Below are positions 48,853 through 58,759 of a stretch of DNA of 64,000 nucleotides, in pieces. The first letter of the stretch is position 1. The number at the start of each line of letters is the position of its first letter. The notes below the pieces were generated by a model. It was not told the origin of the DNA. It saw only the letters and a program-made list of their open reading frames with translations, and searched no databases. This stretch comes from an uncultured Thermoactinomycetaceae bacterium. Its GTDB lineage: Bacteria > Bacillota > Bacilli > Thermoactinomycetales > CALJVA01. The position numbers and the translations under genes were made by a program. The stretch covers positions 7,118-71,117 of the forward strand of contig CALJVA010000022.1 in the NCBI GenBank assembly GCA_937975135.1, given 5' to 3'.

Positions 48853-50501
48853 TGCAGAAATCTTTTGGAAGTATTCAACCTGCTGATGGAAAATTAACTA
48901 TGGCGCATCTATTTGTCGCATTTGGAGCATTGTTTATCGGTGCCGCTGCTGGTCTGCTCCAAACCTTGGCTCGTACAGGAAAATTTACGTTACCAGCGGG
49001 GCTTGATTACTACCAGATTCTAACAGTTCATGGTGTGATCCTTGGTTTAGTTTTGACGACGTTTTTCATCATCGGTTTCCTCTTGGCATCACAAAGTAAA
49101 ACGACGGGGGGCTATAGTCCTGGGGAACGAAAATGGGCTTGGCTTGGTTTTGGGCTGATGCTTACAGGTGTATTAATTACAACTACCTACATTCTTCTTC
49201 AGGAGGCTTCTGTATTATACACCTTCTATGCACCCTTAATGGCCCACCCTGGATTCTATCTCGGATTAACCCTAGTGATTATCGGAAGCTGGCTTGAAGC
49301 CTTTGTCATTTTTCATCGGCATAGAAAATGGAAAAAAGAGAATCCCGGTAAGCGAACCCCCCTATTAAGCTATATGAGTGTAATTACCATGATTCTATGG
49401 GTTGTGGCTACCATTGGAGTATCTGCAGCAGTGTTAATTCAGTTTCTTCCTTGGTCCCTCGGGTATAAAGAGACCATTGATGTCTTGGTCACCCGTGTTC
49501 TATTCTGGTACTTCGGTCACCCCTTAGTCTACTTCTGGTTACTACCTGCTTATATGATGTGGTATGCCATTATACCGAAGATCATCGGCGGGAAGATCTT
49601 CTCTGATTCTTTGGCACGGATGTCCTTTATCCTCTTGCTCTTATTCTCCTTTCCCGTTGGGTTTCACCACCAGTTGACAGAGCCGGGTATTGATCCTTTC
49701 TGGAAGTACCTACAAGTGGTACTCACCTTTATGGTCGTTGTTCCTTCGTTGATGACCGCTTTCTCCCTATTCGCCACTTTTGAGACACGGGGTAGGGAAT
49801 TGGGTGCTACAGGACTTTTTGGCTGGGTCAAAAAGATGCCTTGGAAAGATGTTCGTTTCTTCGCTCCCTTTGTTGGGATGCTCATGCTGATTCCTGGAGG
49901 CATCGGCGGGATTATTAATGCCTCTAACCAAATGAACCAAGTAGTTCATAATACCATCTGGGTCACAGGACACTTCCACTTAGCTGTGGCTACCACCGTA
50001 ATGCTTACATTTTTCGGAATTACGTACTGGTTAGTACCCTCAATTAGAGGGCGAAAACTGACGAAGACCATGAATAAACTAGGAATCTTGCAAACAATTT
50101 TCTGGTCTGTAGGGATGCTGATTATGACCGGTGCCATGCATTGGCAAGGTTTGCTCGGCGGACCACGTCGTTCTACGTTCTCTGAATATGCCGGTAATGC
50201 CGATACGGCCTCCTGGGGTGCCTATCATATTGCACAGGCGATTGGCGGCTCCATTCTGTTTGTTGCGATGGTGCTCATGCTCCTGATTTTCGTCAACCTG
50301 GCCTTTTTTGCACCGAAAGGGAAGGAAGAATTTCCAGTTGCAACCGCTGATGATAGGGGAATGGGCACACCCAAAGTATTTGAGAACTGGAAGCTATGGA
50401 TTGGGCTCACTGCTGCCTTGATCTTGTTTGCCTATACAATTCCCTTTATCGATATTATTCAAAATGCGCCTCCAGGCTCTCCTGGATATCGACTTTGGTA
50501 A
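48849..50501 (+). CDS. cbaA: ba3-type (B-family) heme-copper oxidase subunit I
   Basis: Motifs YYQILTVHG, FWYFGHPLVY, VGFHHQ, VHNTIWVTGHFH and GGPRRS. Confidence 0.92.
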   Translation: MMQKSFGSIQPADGKLTMAHLFVAFGALFIGAAAGLLQTLARTGKFTLPAGLDYYQILTVHGVILGLVLTTFFIIGFLLASQSKTTGGYSPGERKWAWLGFGLMLTGVLITTTYILLQEASVLYTFYAPLMAHPGFYLGLTLVIIGSWLEAFVIFHRHRKWKKENPGKRTPLLSYMSVITMILWVVATIGVSAAVLIQFLPWSLGYKETIDVLVTRVLFWYFGHPLVYFWLLPAYMMWYAIIPKIIGGKIFSDSLARMSFILLLLFSFPVGFHHQLTEPGIDPFWKYLQVVLTFMVVVPSLMTAFSLFATFETRGRELGATGLFGWVKKMPWKDVRFFAPFVGMLMLIPGGIGGIINASNQMNQVVHNTIWVTGHFHLAVATTVMLTFFGITYWLVPSIRGRKLTKTMNKLGILQTIFWSVGMLIMTGAMHWQGLLGGPRRSTFSEYAGNADTASWGAYHIAQAIGGSILFVAMVLMLLIFVNLAFFAPKGKEEFPVATADDRGMGTPKVFENWKLWIGLTAALILFAYTIPFIDIIQNAPPGSPGYRLW

Positions 50502-50555
50502 ACAAAGGGGGATTTGTTTCCCCCTTTGAAAAGCTTGGATTGGAGGGAAGACGCG

Positions 50556-51143
50556 ATGAAAAAATTATATATTACCTTTTCGGTATTGCTTGTATTGGGA
50601 ATCGCTGCTGGTATCTTCTATTTAAAAGTGGTGCGACCAGGAAATGCTGAATTGCCACAAGATGTGGTGATGAAAACTGCCTTTGGTCAAGAGTATTCCT
50701 TTGCTGAATTGCCCAAAAAAGCACGTTTGATCGAGTTTATGTATACCGATTGTCCGGATGTATGTCCATTGACAACAGTGGAAATGTCAAAATTACGTCA
50801 TTCTTTGGAGAAAGAAGGGGTGTTTGGCGACAAAGTTGAATTTATCACAGTAACAATTAATCCGAAACAGGATACAGAAGAGGTTTTACGGGATTATGCC
50901 AGTCGCTTTGAGGTAACCTCCGATGAGGAGGGATGGATCTTTTTAAGAGGATCGGAAGAGGATACGAAAAAATTGGCAGACTCCTTAGGATTCCTGTATC
51001 GTGACCCTGGAACCGGGGATATTATCCATTCAACCTATACCTATTTCTTAGATGAAAACAACAACCTCCTGGAACAATTTACAATGGGAAAAGGATTTGA
51101 TCGGGATAAAGTATTTCGGCGCATTATGAGTACAATTGATTAA
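50556..51143 (+). CDS. SCO-family copper chaperone
   Basis: N-terminal anchor, YTDCPDVCPL (CxxxC) and the conserved His (IIHST). Confidence 0.9.
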   Translation: MKKLYITFSVLLVLGIAAGIFYLKVVRPGNAELPQDVVMKTAFGQEYSFAELPKKARLIEFMYTDCPDVCPLTTVEMSKLRHSLEKEGVFGDKVEFITVTINPKQDTEEVLRDYASRFEVTSDEEGWIFLRGSEEDTKKLADSLGFLYRDPGTGDIIHSTYTYFLDENNNLLEQFTMGKGFDRDKVFRRIMSTID

Positions 51144-51376
51144 GGAGGATACTTCAACAATCGAGTGGATTTGGGAGGGCTAATTTGCGTTACATCCACA
51201 AAAGATATTTGGTTGTCTAGCTCTCCCTCTTAGGTTTTCCTATTTTTCCGGTGCACTGGCAAGTCTTATCACCGCTTTCTTTCTGACTCTTAGGAAAAAT
51301 CCGTATAGTCGAAAACTAGATGGAGACCGATGGGGCTAAAATGCATCTCAAAGGAGTAAATGTGGTGCAAATCACT

Positions 51377-51410
51377 AAAAAAAGGACTGGATCACTGCCA
51401 GTCCTTTTTT
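51377..51410. terminator. Bidirectional terminator between the convergent cba/sco and odhAB units
   Basis: A7-GGACTGG...CCAGTCC-T6. Confidence 0.85.
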
Positions 51411-51425
51411 GAATAAGACCTACTA

Positions 51426-52670
51426 TTATCCTTCCAGTAACAGGTCTTCCGGATTTTCCACCAATCTTTTTACTGTGGCCAAAAAGCTAACTGCTTCTTT
51501 TCCGTCCACAATTCGGTGGTCATAGGAGAGAGCGATATACATCATGGGCCGTACCTCAATTTTATCATTTTCATCCACGACTACCGGGCGTCGCTGAATC
51601 GTATGCATTCCTAAGATCCCTACTTGTGGTGCATTTAAAATCGGAGTGGAAAAGAGGGAGCCAAAGACGCCACCATTGGTGATGGTAAAGGTTCCACCCT
51701 GCAGATCTTCCAGTGTTAACTTATTCTCTTTCGCTTTTTGGGCAAGTCTTGCGATCTCCCGTTCGATTTCTGCAAAGCTGAGTCGGTCTGCATTACGGAC
51801 GACAGGAACCACCAGTCCTTCTTTTGCTGCCACCGCAATACCGATATCGTAGTATTTTTTGACCACCATTTCATTGCCTTGTATTTCGGCATTTAGTAAA
51901 GGAAACTGCTTTAAGGCACCCACCACCGCTTTGGTAAAGAAGGACATAAAGCCGAGGCGAACATCATGCTTCTCTTTAAAGTCTTCTTTACGGCGCTGAC
52001 GGATATCGATCACAGCAGAGAGGTCCACTTCATTGAAGGTGGTTAACATCGCCGCATTGTGCTGGGCTTCTACGAGACGGGTGGCAATGGTTTGACGCCG
52101 TCTTGACATGGGGATCCGTTCCACGGGTCTGTCCTCCGCCGGTGTTGCAGCTACCGGTGATGGAGATGGAGTACTTGCCGGCTGCTGTGCGCCCTTACTT
52201 GCTGGCGAAGGCTTGACAACATCTTCTGGGCGGATTCTTCCCAAGGGATCCCGAGAAGATAAGGTGGATAAGTCGATTCCCATCTCTCTAGCTTTTTTTC
52301 GTGCTGCAGGAGAGGCCAAAGGAGTAGATGCCTTTCCTGCAGCTTGTTCTTTTACTTCTGGTTCAGCCTGTTCTTTCGCTGCTGGCTGAGGCGCTGATGC
52401 TTCTTGCTTTTCTGGGGTACTGGGAGTGGTTTCTGCTTCTGTTGAAAGTTGAGCGATGGCTTCACCCACCAGTACGGTATCCCCCACTTGCTTGAGGAGC
52501 TTCGTTAATACCCCTTCATGCTCCGCATGTATATCCATATTTACCTTATCCGTCTCAATTTCTGCGATTGCTTCGCCTTGCTCTACTTTGTCACCTTCAT
52601 TTTTGTACCATTGGGAGATAGTACCTTCTGTAATTGACTCGGCAAGTTCTGGTACTTTAATCTCAATCAT
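51426..52670 (-). CDS. odhB: 2-oxoglutarate dehydrogenase E2
   Basis: Lipoyl motif ETDKV, ASPAARK, FTITNGGVFGSL and SYDHRIVDG. Confidence 0.96.
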   Translation of the reverse strand: MIEIKVPELAESITEGTISQWYKNEGDKVEQGEAIAEIETDKVNMDIHAEHEGVLTKLLKQVGDTVLVGEAIAQLSTEAETTPSTPEKQEASAPQPAAKEQAEPEVKEQAAGKASTPLASPAARKKAREMGIDLSTLSSRDPLGRIRPEDVVKPSPASKGAQQPASTPSPSPVAATPAEDRPVERIPMSRRRQTIATRLVEAQHNAAMLTTFNEVDLSAVIDIRQRRKEDFKEKHDVRLGFMSFFTKAVVGALKQFPLLNAEIQGNEMVVKKYYDIGIAVAAKEGLVVPVVRNADRLSFAEIEREIARLAQKAKENKLTLEDLQGGTFTITNGGVFGSLFSTPILNAPQVGILGMHTIQRRPVVVDENDKIEVRPMMYIALSYDHRIVDGKEAVSFLATVKRLVENPEDLLLEG

Positions 52671-52671
52671 T

Positions 52672-55509
52672 CTACTTCTCCTCCACGTTGGTCATTAATG
52701 CCTCATTAATAATACGCTCTTGCTCTTTTTTGTGAACTTTAGGATCACCTGTTGCAGTACTGGACCGATTGGGTCGGCCAATGTAGTGAATGGGGAGATC
52801 CGCCACAACCTCACGGATATAAGGCTTAATAAAGAACCATGCCCCCATATTTTTAGGTTCTTCCTGTACCCAAAACACTTTTTTCAGATTGGGGTATCGA
52901 TTCAGCTTTTCTTTTAGTTGTTCTTTTGGGAAGGGATATAGTTGTTCAATCCGCAAGATTTGCAGGTGACTCCAGTCTCTTTCTGTTTCTTCTTCCAAGC
53001 GAGTTGCTAGGTCCACCGCTATTTTTCCGGAACACAGGATGAGTTTTTCTACCTGTTCCGGTTTTTGGCCCAAACCTGGCTGTTCAAGGACAGGATGGAA
53101 GGTATCTGAACTAAGTGCCTCTGCAGGTGAGGCAACCCGTGGATTTCGCAGCAAACTTTTTGGGGTCATGATGATCAGAGGACGACCCTCGTCTAAATCT
53201 GTAATTAATGCCTGCCTTCTCAGAATATGGAAGTACTGAGCGGCACTTGTAAGATTGGCCACGGTCCAGTTGTTCTCTGCAGACATCTGTAGAAAACGTT
53301 CCAGTCGTGCACTGGAGTGTTCTGGTCCTTGCCCTTCATAACCATGTGGTAATAACATAATCAGGTCTGATTTTTGTCCCCATTTTGCCCTTCCAGCAGA
53401 GATAAATTGATCGATGATGGGCTGGGCAACGTTAACAAAATCTCCATACTGGGCTTCCCAAATGACAAGAGTATCGACGGGAACACTGTATCCATATTCA
53501 AAGCCGAGAACAGAGGCCTCGGACAAGGGACTGTTATAGATGGCAAAGGATGCTTTTGCTTGTGGGATATGGTGTAACGGAACAAAGGTTTCCCCTGTTT
53601 CATAATCATGTAGTACCAAGTGTCTTTGAGCAAAAGTGCCCCGCTCAGAATCTTGTCCAGTCATGCGAATTGCTTTGCCATCAGCTAAAATCGTGGCAAA
53701 TGCAAGGGTTTCTGCTAAAGCCCATTCCACCTTACCACCGTCTTCAAATGCTGCTTCGCGACGTTTTAATATGCGAGATAACTTGGGATAAACATTAAAT
53801 CCTTCCGGCCATGAGAGGAGGCTTTGGTTGATTTCTCGAAGAGTTTCTCGAGGTACTGCTGTTTTCATCGGTGGAAAGTCTTGGGCGATTGGAGCCGGCA
53901 CTTCTTCCTCTTTTACCTCGATTTCTTTGCGTACTCCTTCATAAATGGTGCGTAGCTTTTCTCTAAACTCTTTTTCTCTTGTCTTGATCTCTTCCTCACT
54001 GACAAGTCTTTCTTTTTTCAGCTGATTTGCGTATTGGACTGCAACACTTGGATGTTGATTGATGAGTTTGTAGAGTTGCGGTTGTGTTGCTGCGGGATCA
54101 TCCATTTCATTATGACCGTAGCGACGATAGCCTATGAGATCAATGAGAATATCTTTATTGAAGCGCATCCGGTACTCATATGCTAATCGAACGGCAAATA
54201 AGCATGCTTCAGGATCATCAGCATTTACATGGATAATGGGTATCTCATACCCTTTTGCTGGATCACTTGCATACTCTGTCGAGCGGGCATCAGTATGATC
54301 TGTTGTAAAGCCAAGGAGGTTATTGGCAATAATATGGATAGTTCCCCCGGTTTGGTAACCGCGTAATCGACTTAAGTTGAACGTCTCTGCCACAATTCCT
54401 TCTCCCGGGAAAGCAGCATCTCCGTGAATAATGATGCTAAAAGCAGATTGGACATCCTGTTGTGGATAGCCAGGCTGACTACGGTCTTCCTGGGCAGCAC
54501 GAGTATAACCTTGTACGACAGGACCTACATATTCGAGATGGCTCGGGTTATTTGCCAAGGTAACAGTTGTCCGCAATTTTCCTTGGTCTACGACATCTCG
54601 GTCAGCTCCCAAGTGATATTTAACATCTCCTGACCAGCCATAGTTAATTCCTCTTGATCCTTCTGATGGAACCAAGTCTTTATTGGGAGCATGATGGAAT
54701 TCCGAAAAAATAAGTTCATAAGGCTTTCCTAGAACATGAGCCAAAACGTTGAGACGGCCTCGGTGAGCCATACCGATTTCAATATGGCGAACCTCATCAT
54801 TAGCACCTAAAAGTACCAGTTCATCCAGCATTGGGACCATGATATCGATCCCTTCAATGCCAAATCGCTTCTGTCCTGCAAAGGTTTGTTGGAGAAATGC
54901 TTCAAAGCCCTCAACTTGGATGAGGCGGAACAGAAGTGCTGTTTTTTCTTTTGCTGATAGTGTAAAGTCCCTGTGGCGATTTTCTACTTTTTCTTGAAGC
55001 CATAAACGCTCTTGTTCATTGTGTACGTGTCCAAATTCAAAAGCCAGAGATGAAGTATAGGCTTGTTTGAGATGTTGGATTGCATCCCAGGCATTGCTCA
55101 CATCTTGAGGTGCATTTTCCCAGACGAGGGTAGCAGGTATTTGTTGTAGATCTTCTGGCGTTAACCCATAGGTATTGGAATCTAAGAAAGAAGTATCCTG
55201 TTGTAGATTTCGTCCTAAAGGATAGATGTCCGCTGCTAGATGGCCATATAAGCGGATGTTTTCTACATATTTTAAAGCGGCAGCCACTTTCTTACCTTCT
55301 AGAGAGACACCTTCGATTATCTCTTTTTGGGGTGCAGCCATTGGTTGATTCATTGGCGGTGCTCCCATAGTTTCAAACCACTGTCTGACCGTTGGGTCAA
55401 CAGAGTTGGGATCATTTTTGTATTGTTCATATAGCTCTTGAACGTACCCTAGATTAGGACCGTAAAAATTTTTCCATGTATTTGAGTCTGTGAACAGTTT
55501 TCTTTTCAT
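52672..55509 (-). CDS. odhA: 2-oxoglutarate dehydrogenase E1
   Basis: Motifs GMAHRGRLNVL, GDVKYH, HGDAAF, GHNEMDDP, WEAQYGDF and HGYEGQGPEHSS. Confidence 0.97.
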   Translation of the reverse strand: MKRKLFTDSNTWKNFYGPNLGYVQELYEQYKNDPNSVDPTVRQWFETMGAPPMNQPMAAPQKEIIEGVSLEGKKVAAALKYVENIRLYGHLAADIYPLGRNLQQDTSFLDSNTYGLTPEDLQQIPATLVWENAPQDVSNAWDAIQHLKQAYTSSLAFEFGHVHNEQERLWLQEKVENRHRDFTLSAKEKTALLFRLIQVEGFEAFLQQTFAGQKRFGIEGIDIMVPMLDELVLLGANDEVRHIEIGMAHRGRLNVLAHVLGKPYELIFSEFHHAPNKDLVPSEGSRGINYGWSGDVKYHLGADRDVVDQGKLRTTVTLANNPSHLEYVGPVVQGYTRAAQEDRSQPGYPQQDVQSAFSIIIHGDAAFPGEGIVAETFNLSRLRGYQTGGTIHIIANNLLGFTTDHTDARSTEYASDPAKGYEIPIIHVNADDPEACLFAVRLAYEYRMRFNKDILIDLIGYRRYGHNEMDDPAATQPQLYKLINQHPSVAVQYANQLKKERLVSEEEIKTREKEFREKLRTIYEGVRKEIEVKEEEVPAPIAQDFPPMKTAVPRETLREINQSLLSWPEGFNVYPKLSRILKRREAAFEDGGKVEWALAETLAFATILADGKAIRMTGQDSERGTFAQRHLVLHDYETGETFVPLHHIPQAKASFAIYNSPLSEASVLGFEYGYSVPVDTLVIWEAQYGDFVNVAQPIIDQFISAGRAKWGQKSDLIMLLPHGYEGQGPEHSSARLERFLQMSAENNWTVANLTSAAQYFHILRRQALITDLDEGRPLIIMTPKSLLRNPRVASPAEALSSDTFHPVLEQPGLGQKPEQVEKLILCSGKIAVDLATRLEEETERDWSHLQILRIEQLYPFPKEQLKEKLNRYPNLKKVFWVQEEPKNMGAWFFIKPYIREVVADLPIHYIGRPNRSSTATGDPKVHKKEQERIINEALMTNVEEK

Positions 55510-55990
55510 GTTGTTAAAACCCCCACAGAGTGATCATCTCAATCTTAGATGGAAATGAGGACAAAGGCAAGGTGTTTACCTGTTATATTTCCCATATTGC
55601 CGTAACATAAGCTGTTATTACTAAAAAATTGTATTCACTGGAAATGTAATTAGGAAGAAGAGTTGCTATTGTAAATAGAAAATTTTTTTGATGGTATGAA
55701 AAGTTTCCGTCCAATAGAAATTTTTATCATTTTTCAATCGAAACAATCAATTATCTAAAGTGCTATCAACCAAAACGAAATTGTAGCTTGAGTTTGATAA
55801 GGGTCTCTATTCATAAAATCCTAGACCATCAGACTAAATGGAATTGGACCTAAACATTGAGGATAAAGAAAATGGGAATTTCCATAGGCTCTAGGGTTGA
55901 ATTTGCTACAATGAAAAATAGTAACAAACAGAGAATAGGAGGTGCACAGCATCACCATCAGATCCTGGGAGTGGGAGATGAAGATTAAGA

Positions 55991-57286
55991 ATGAAGAGAG
56001 GAAAGTTCCTTTGGCAAGATGGTTTAGGGGCACTGCAGTGGTTTGTTTTTTTATTAGCAAACGCCATGGCATTGCCTATTGTGATTGGGGAAATATTCCA
56101 ATTACAGACGACGGATGTAGCAGGGTTGATGCAGCGCACCTTTTTTGTAGTAGGAATTACTTCGTTTCTACAGGGTTGGATTGGTCACCGGTTGCCAATT
56201 GCTGACGGCCCAGCGGGAATTTGGCTGGGTGTTTTTGTAATCATGGGCGAAATGGCCGTACGGCAAGGAAGTGACTTAACGCTTACTTTACAATCGTTGC
56301 AAGGTGGAATGCTCGTAACAGCTGGTATTCTAATTTTTTTAGGGGTGTTGGGCTGGATTCAGAAGTTTCTTCGCTTTTTCACCCCCTTGGTAACAGGAAC
56401 CTATCTTTTGTTACTAGCGATTCAGTTGAGTGGTGTTTTTTTAAAGGGAATGCTCGGAATAGAAGGAGAATCCCTTTCAATTCATCCAGGTGCAGCACTG
56501 GTAGGGCTGGGTGTCTTTTTACTTGTACTCGGTGTTTCTGCTTGGGGTCGGGGCTGGATAAAAAGCTATGCCGTTTTAATCGGTCTGGTGTTGGGTTGGA
56601 TCTTGTATGAAGGATTTGGATTGAGAGAGACAGCAGCCATATCGCAAAGTGGATCGTTCCTACCTGAAGTATTTGCTTGGGGGATGCCCCAATGGGACTT
56701 GGGTATGGCTCTCTCCGGAGTTCTAGTTGCTATGATTTTAATCTCTAATACGGTAGGAAGCCTGACTGCTGTGGGAGAGGTACTCCGCCCAGGTAGCTCT
56801 TTGGATAAACAAGCTCTAAATCGAGGGGGCTGGATGGGGGGGATTGCCAACGCTTTGTCAGCGATATTTTCTACCGTAGGTATGGTTCCTCTCTCTGTTT
56901 CGGCTGGTTTAATACGGTTGACAGGTCAGAAGCGGATGCGTCCCTTTTTGATCGCCTGTTTATTATTTACAGGAATGGCTCTTATTCCTCCAATCATTCG
57001 TTTTTTAGCTACGGTACCAGGGCCTGTCGCCTATGCTGTTCTGTTCGCTTCTTTTGCTCAGTTAATCGGGATTGGGCTTCAGACCATTTTACGTGATAAG
57101 TTGGATGAACGTCGCCTTACGATTTTGGGGGTTACTTTAATGGTGGGAGTGGGTACCATGTTTTTACCTGTGGAGTTGTTCTCCACCTTACCTTCTGTCG
57201 TGCAATCGATTGCTAGCAATGGTCTTTTACTTGGTACCCTCGTCGCTGTTACTTTGGAGCAGATTTGGGTAACAAAAAGGGCTTAG
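55991..57286 (+). CDS. NCS2-family purine/pyrimidine permease (YwdJ-like)
   Basis: Motifs GALQW, GHRLPI.DGPAGIW and PLVTG; multi-TM protein. The start is uncertain. Confidence 0.8.
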   Translation: MKRGKFLWQDGLGALQWFVFLLANAMALPIVIGEIFQLQTTDVAGLMQRTFFVVGITSFLQGWIGHRLPIADGPAGIWLGVFVIMGEMAVRQGSDLTLTLQSLQGGMLVTAGILIFLGVLGWIQKFLRFFTPLVTGTYLLLLAIQLSGVFLKGMLGIEGESLSIHPGAALVGLGVFLLVLGVSAWGRGWIKSYAVLIGLVLGWILYEGFGLRETAAISQSGSFLPEVFAWGMPQWDLGMALSGVLVAMILISNTVGSLTAVGEVLRPGSSLDKQALNRGGWMGGIANALSAIFSTVGMVPLSVSAGLIRLTGQKRMRPFLIACLLFTGMALIPPIIRFLATVPGPVAYAVLFASFAQLIGIGLQTILRDKLDERRLTILGVTLMVGVGTMFLPVELFSTLPSVVQSIASNGLLLGTLVAVTLEQIWVTKRA

Positions 57287-57473
57287 TGGCTCCATGTTTA
57301 ATACGAAAATCCTGTGGCATATCCAGGGACAAAAGTTATTATTCTTTTAACCTGCTTGACACCAAATGTTGAATTTTACCCGGCTGAAAAGGGAACAATC
57401 CGTGGTAAAATATTGTTACTGACTATTGTAAGTTACAAGGGATTGTTGAGAATATAGGAGGGAACCGGTCACG

Positions 57474-58019
57474 ATGTCATCAAATTCAGAATTACAGACA
57501 AAACAGAGGAATTACACACCATGGATTGTAACCTTATCGATACTGATTAACCTTGTGGTTGCGGTTTTGTTTTTTATGCCTAAAGTAGATCCTGCGGCAG
57601 AGTGGGATTTAACCATCTTGCCTCTCATTAATGCTGTACTCAATAGCTTTACGTTTATATTTTTGTTGGTATCCTTGATTATGATTAAGCAGAAAAACAT
57701 TGTGTTACATCGCCGTTTTATCTATGCCGCTTTTACAACGACAGCACTTTTCTTGATCACCTACCTTACCTATCATTCGATGGCGGAATCAACCTCGTAT
57801 GGTGGGGAAGGACCACTCAAGTATATCTATTACTTTATTTTGATTACCCATATTATCCTGGCTGCAGCCATCGTTCCCCTTGCATTAACTACACTTGCTC
57901 GGGGATGGAATATGCAGGTGGAAAAACATCGTAAAATCGCTCGTTGGACAATGCCATTGTGGCTGTACGTTAGCTTAAGTGGTGTGCTGGTTTACCTACT
58001 GATCTCACCCTATTATTAA
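57474..58019 (+). CDS. ctaM: DUF420 cytochrome oxidase biogenesis protein (YozB/CtaM-like)
   Basis: Motifs LPLINAVLNS, HRRF, YLTYH, LITHIILA, HRKIARWT and WLYVSLSGVLVY. Confidence 0.8.
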   Translation: MSSNSELQTKQRNYTPWIVTLSILINLVVAVLFFMPKVDPAAEWDLTILPLINAVLNSFTFIFLLVSLIMIKQKNIVLHRRFIYAAFTTTALFLITYLTYHSMAESTSYGGEGPLKYIYYFILITHIILAAAIVPLALTTLARGWNMQVEKHRKIARWTMPLWLYVSLSGVLVYLLISPYY

Positions 58020-58038
58020 AAAACTAATCGAAAAAAGT

Positions 58039-58079
58039 GAGCCCTCAACTTACAAAAGGAAGAGAGGGCTCTTTTTTTT
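58039..58079. terminator. Terminator between ctaM and the convergent PH-domain gene
   Basis: GAGCCCTC...GAGGGCTC plus T8. Confidence 0.75.
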
Positions 58080-58111
58080 AAAAAACCAAGTGCTTGTCCA
58101 ACTGTTTTGAT

Positions 58112-58525
58112 TTACATGCTTTGCATTCGAACTACTTTTTTATCTTGTCGCTTTTCGACGGCGTCCAGGATCATCTGCTTTACATTGGAGGGCTCACGAA
58201 TCCCTGTCATCCGTAGTTCAGGATGGGTAACATCGGTCGCATACAAAGTGATGGTGCCAAAATTAAATATTTTCCCTAAAAAGCTTTGCTCGACGGAGAT
58301 ATCATTGACTCGCATGAGGTCTACTTGGTTTTCGGTAGTAGAGAATAGCCCTTTTCGGATATTGATTCGCTTGTTGGTGAGCTCATATCGGATATTGGCC
58401 AGTTTCTTTTTGATAAAAAGGATCAACCACCAAATTCCGAGGGTTAGAATTGCCAGTAAAACACTGAGAAATGTGCTTTCTGCAAAGGAATGCGGCTCTC
58501 CTTTCCAAATTACTTCTTCACTCAT
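58112..58525 (-). CDS. Bacterial PH-domain protein (bPH_2-like), one TM segment
   Basis: AGGAG RBS; WKGEP, YELTNKRI.IRKGLFS, V.QSFLGKIFNFGTI and a C-terminal charged helix. Confidence 0.75.
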   Translation of the reverse strand: MSEEVIWKGEPHSFAESTFLSVLLAILTLGIWWLILFIKKKLANIRYELTNKRINIRKGLFSTTENQVDLMRVNDISVEQSFLGKIFNFGTITLYATDVTHPELRMTGIREPSNVKQMILDAVEKRQDKKVVRMQSM

Positions 58526-58759
58526 TGGTTTCACTCCTTATGTTTATGTATAAAAATGTAAAAAGAGCCAGGCGCGATGACAAGCTTTCTTCTACGATAG
58601 TCCATCTTACTCATTTCGACAATATGTCGCAGCTTTTTTCATGACTAAGCTTTTGCTTTTCTTAAGCTTGTTTAGAAAGGCTTGTAATTAAGGAAATATA
58701 TTAAATCCGTAAGCAGAACATGTCGTTCTTACTTACGGATCTTGTCGTAAAACGGATAT

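Noticed and set aside
55780-55990. Purine riboswitch upstream of the NCS2 permease
   Set aside because: The conserved TATAAT...ATATGG...GTTTCTACC...CCGTAAA core is absent. The GGAGGTG at 55938 has no in-frame start for the permease.
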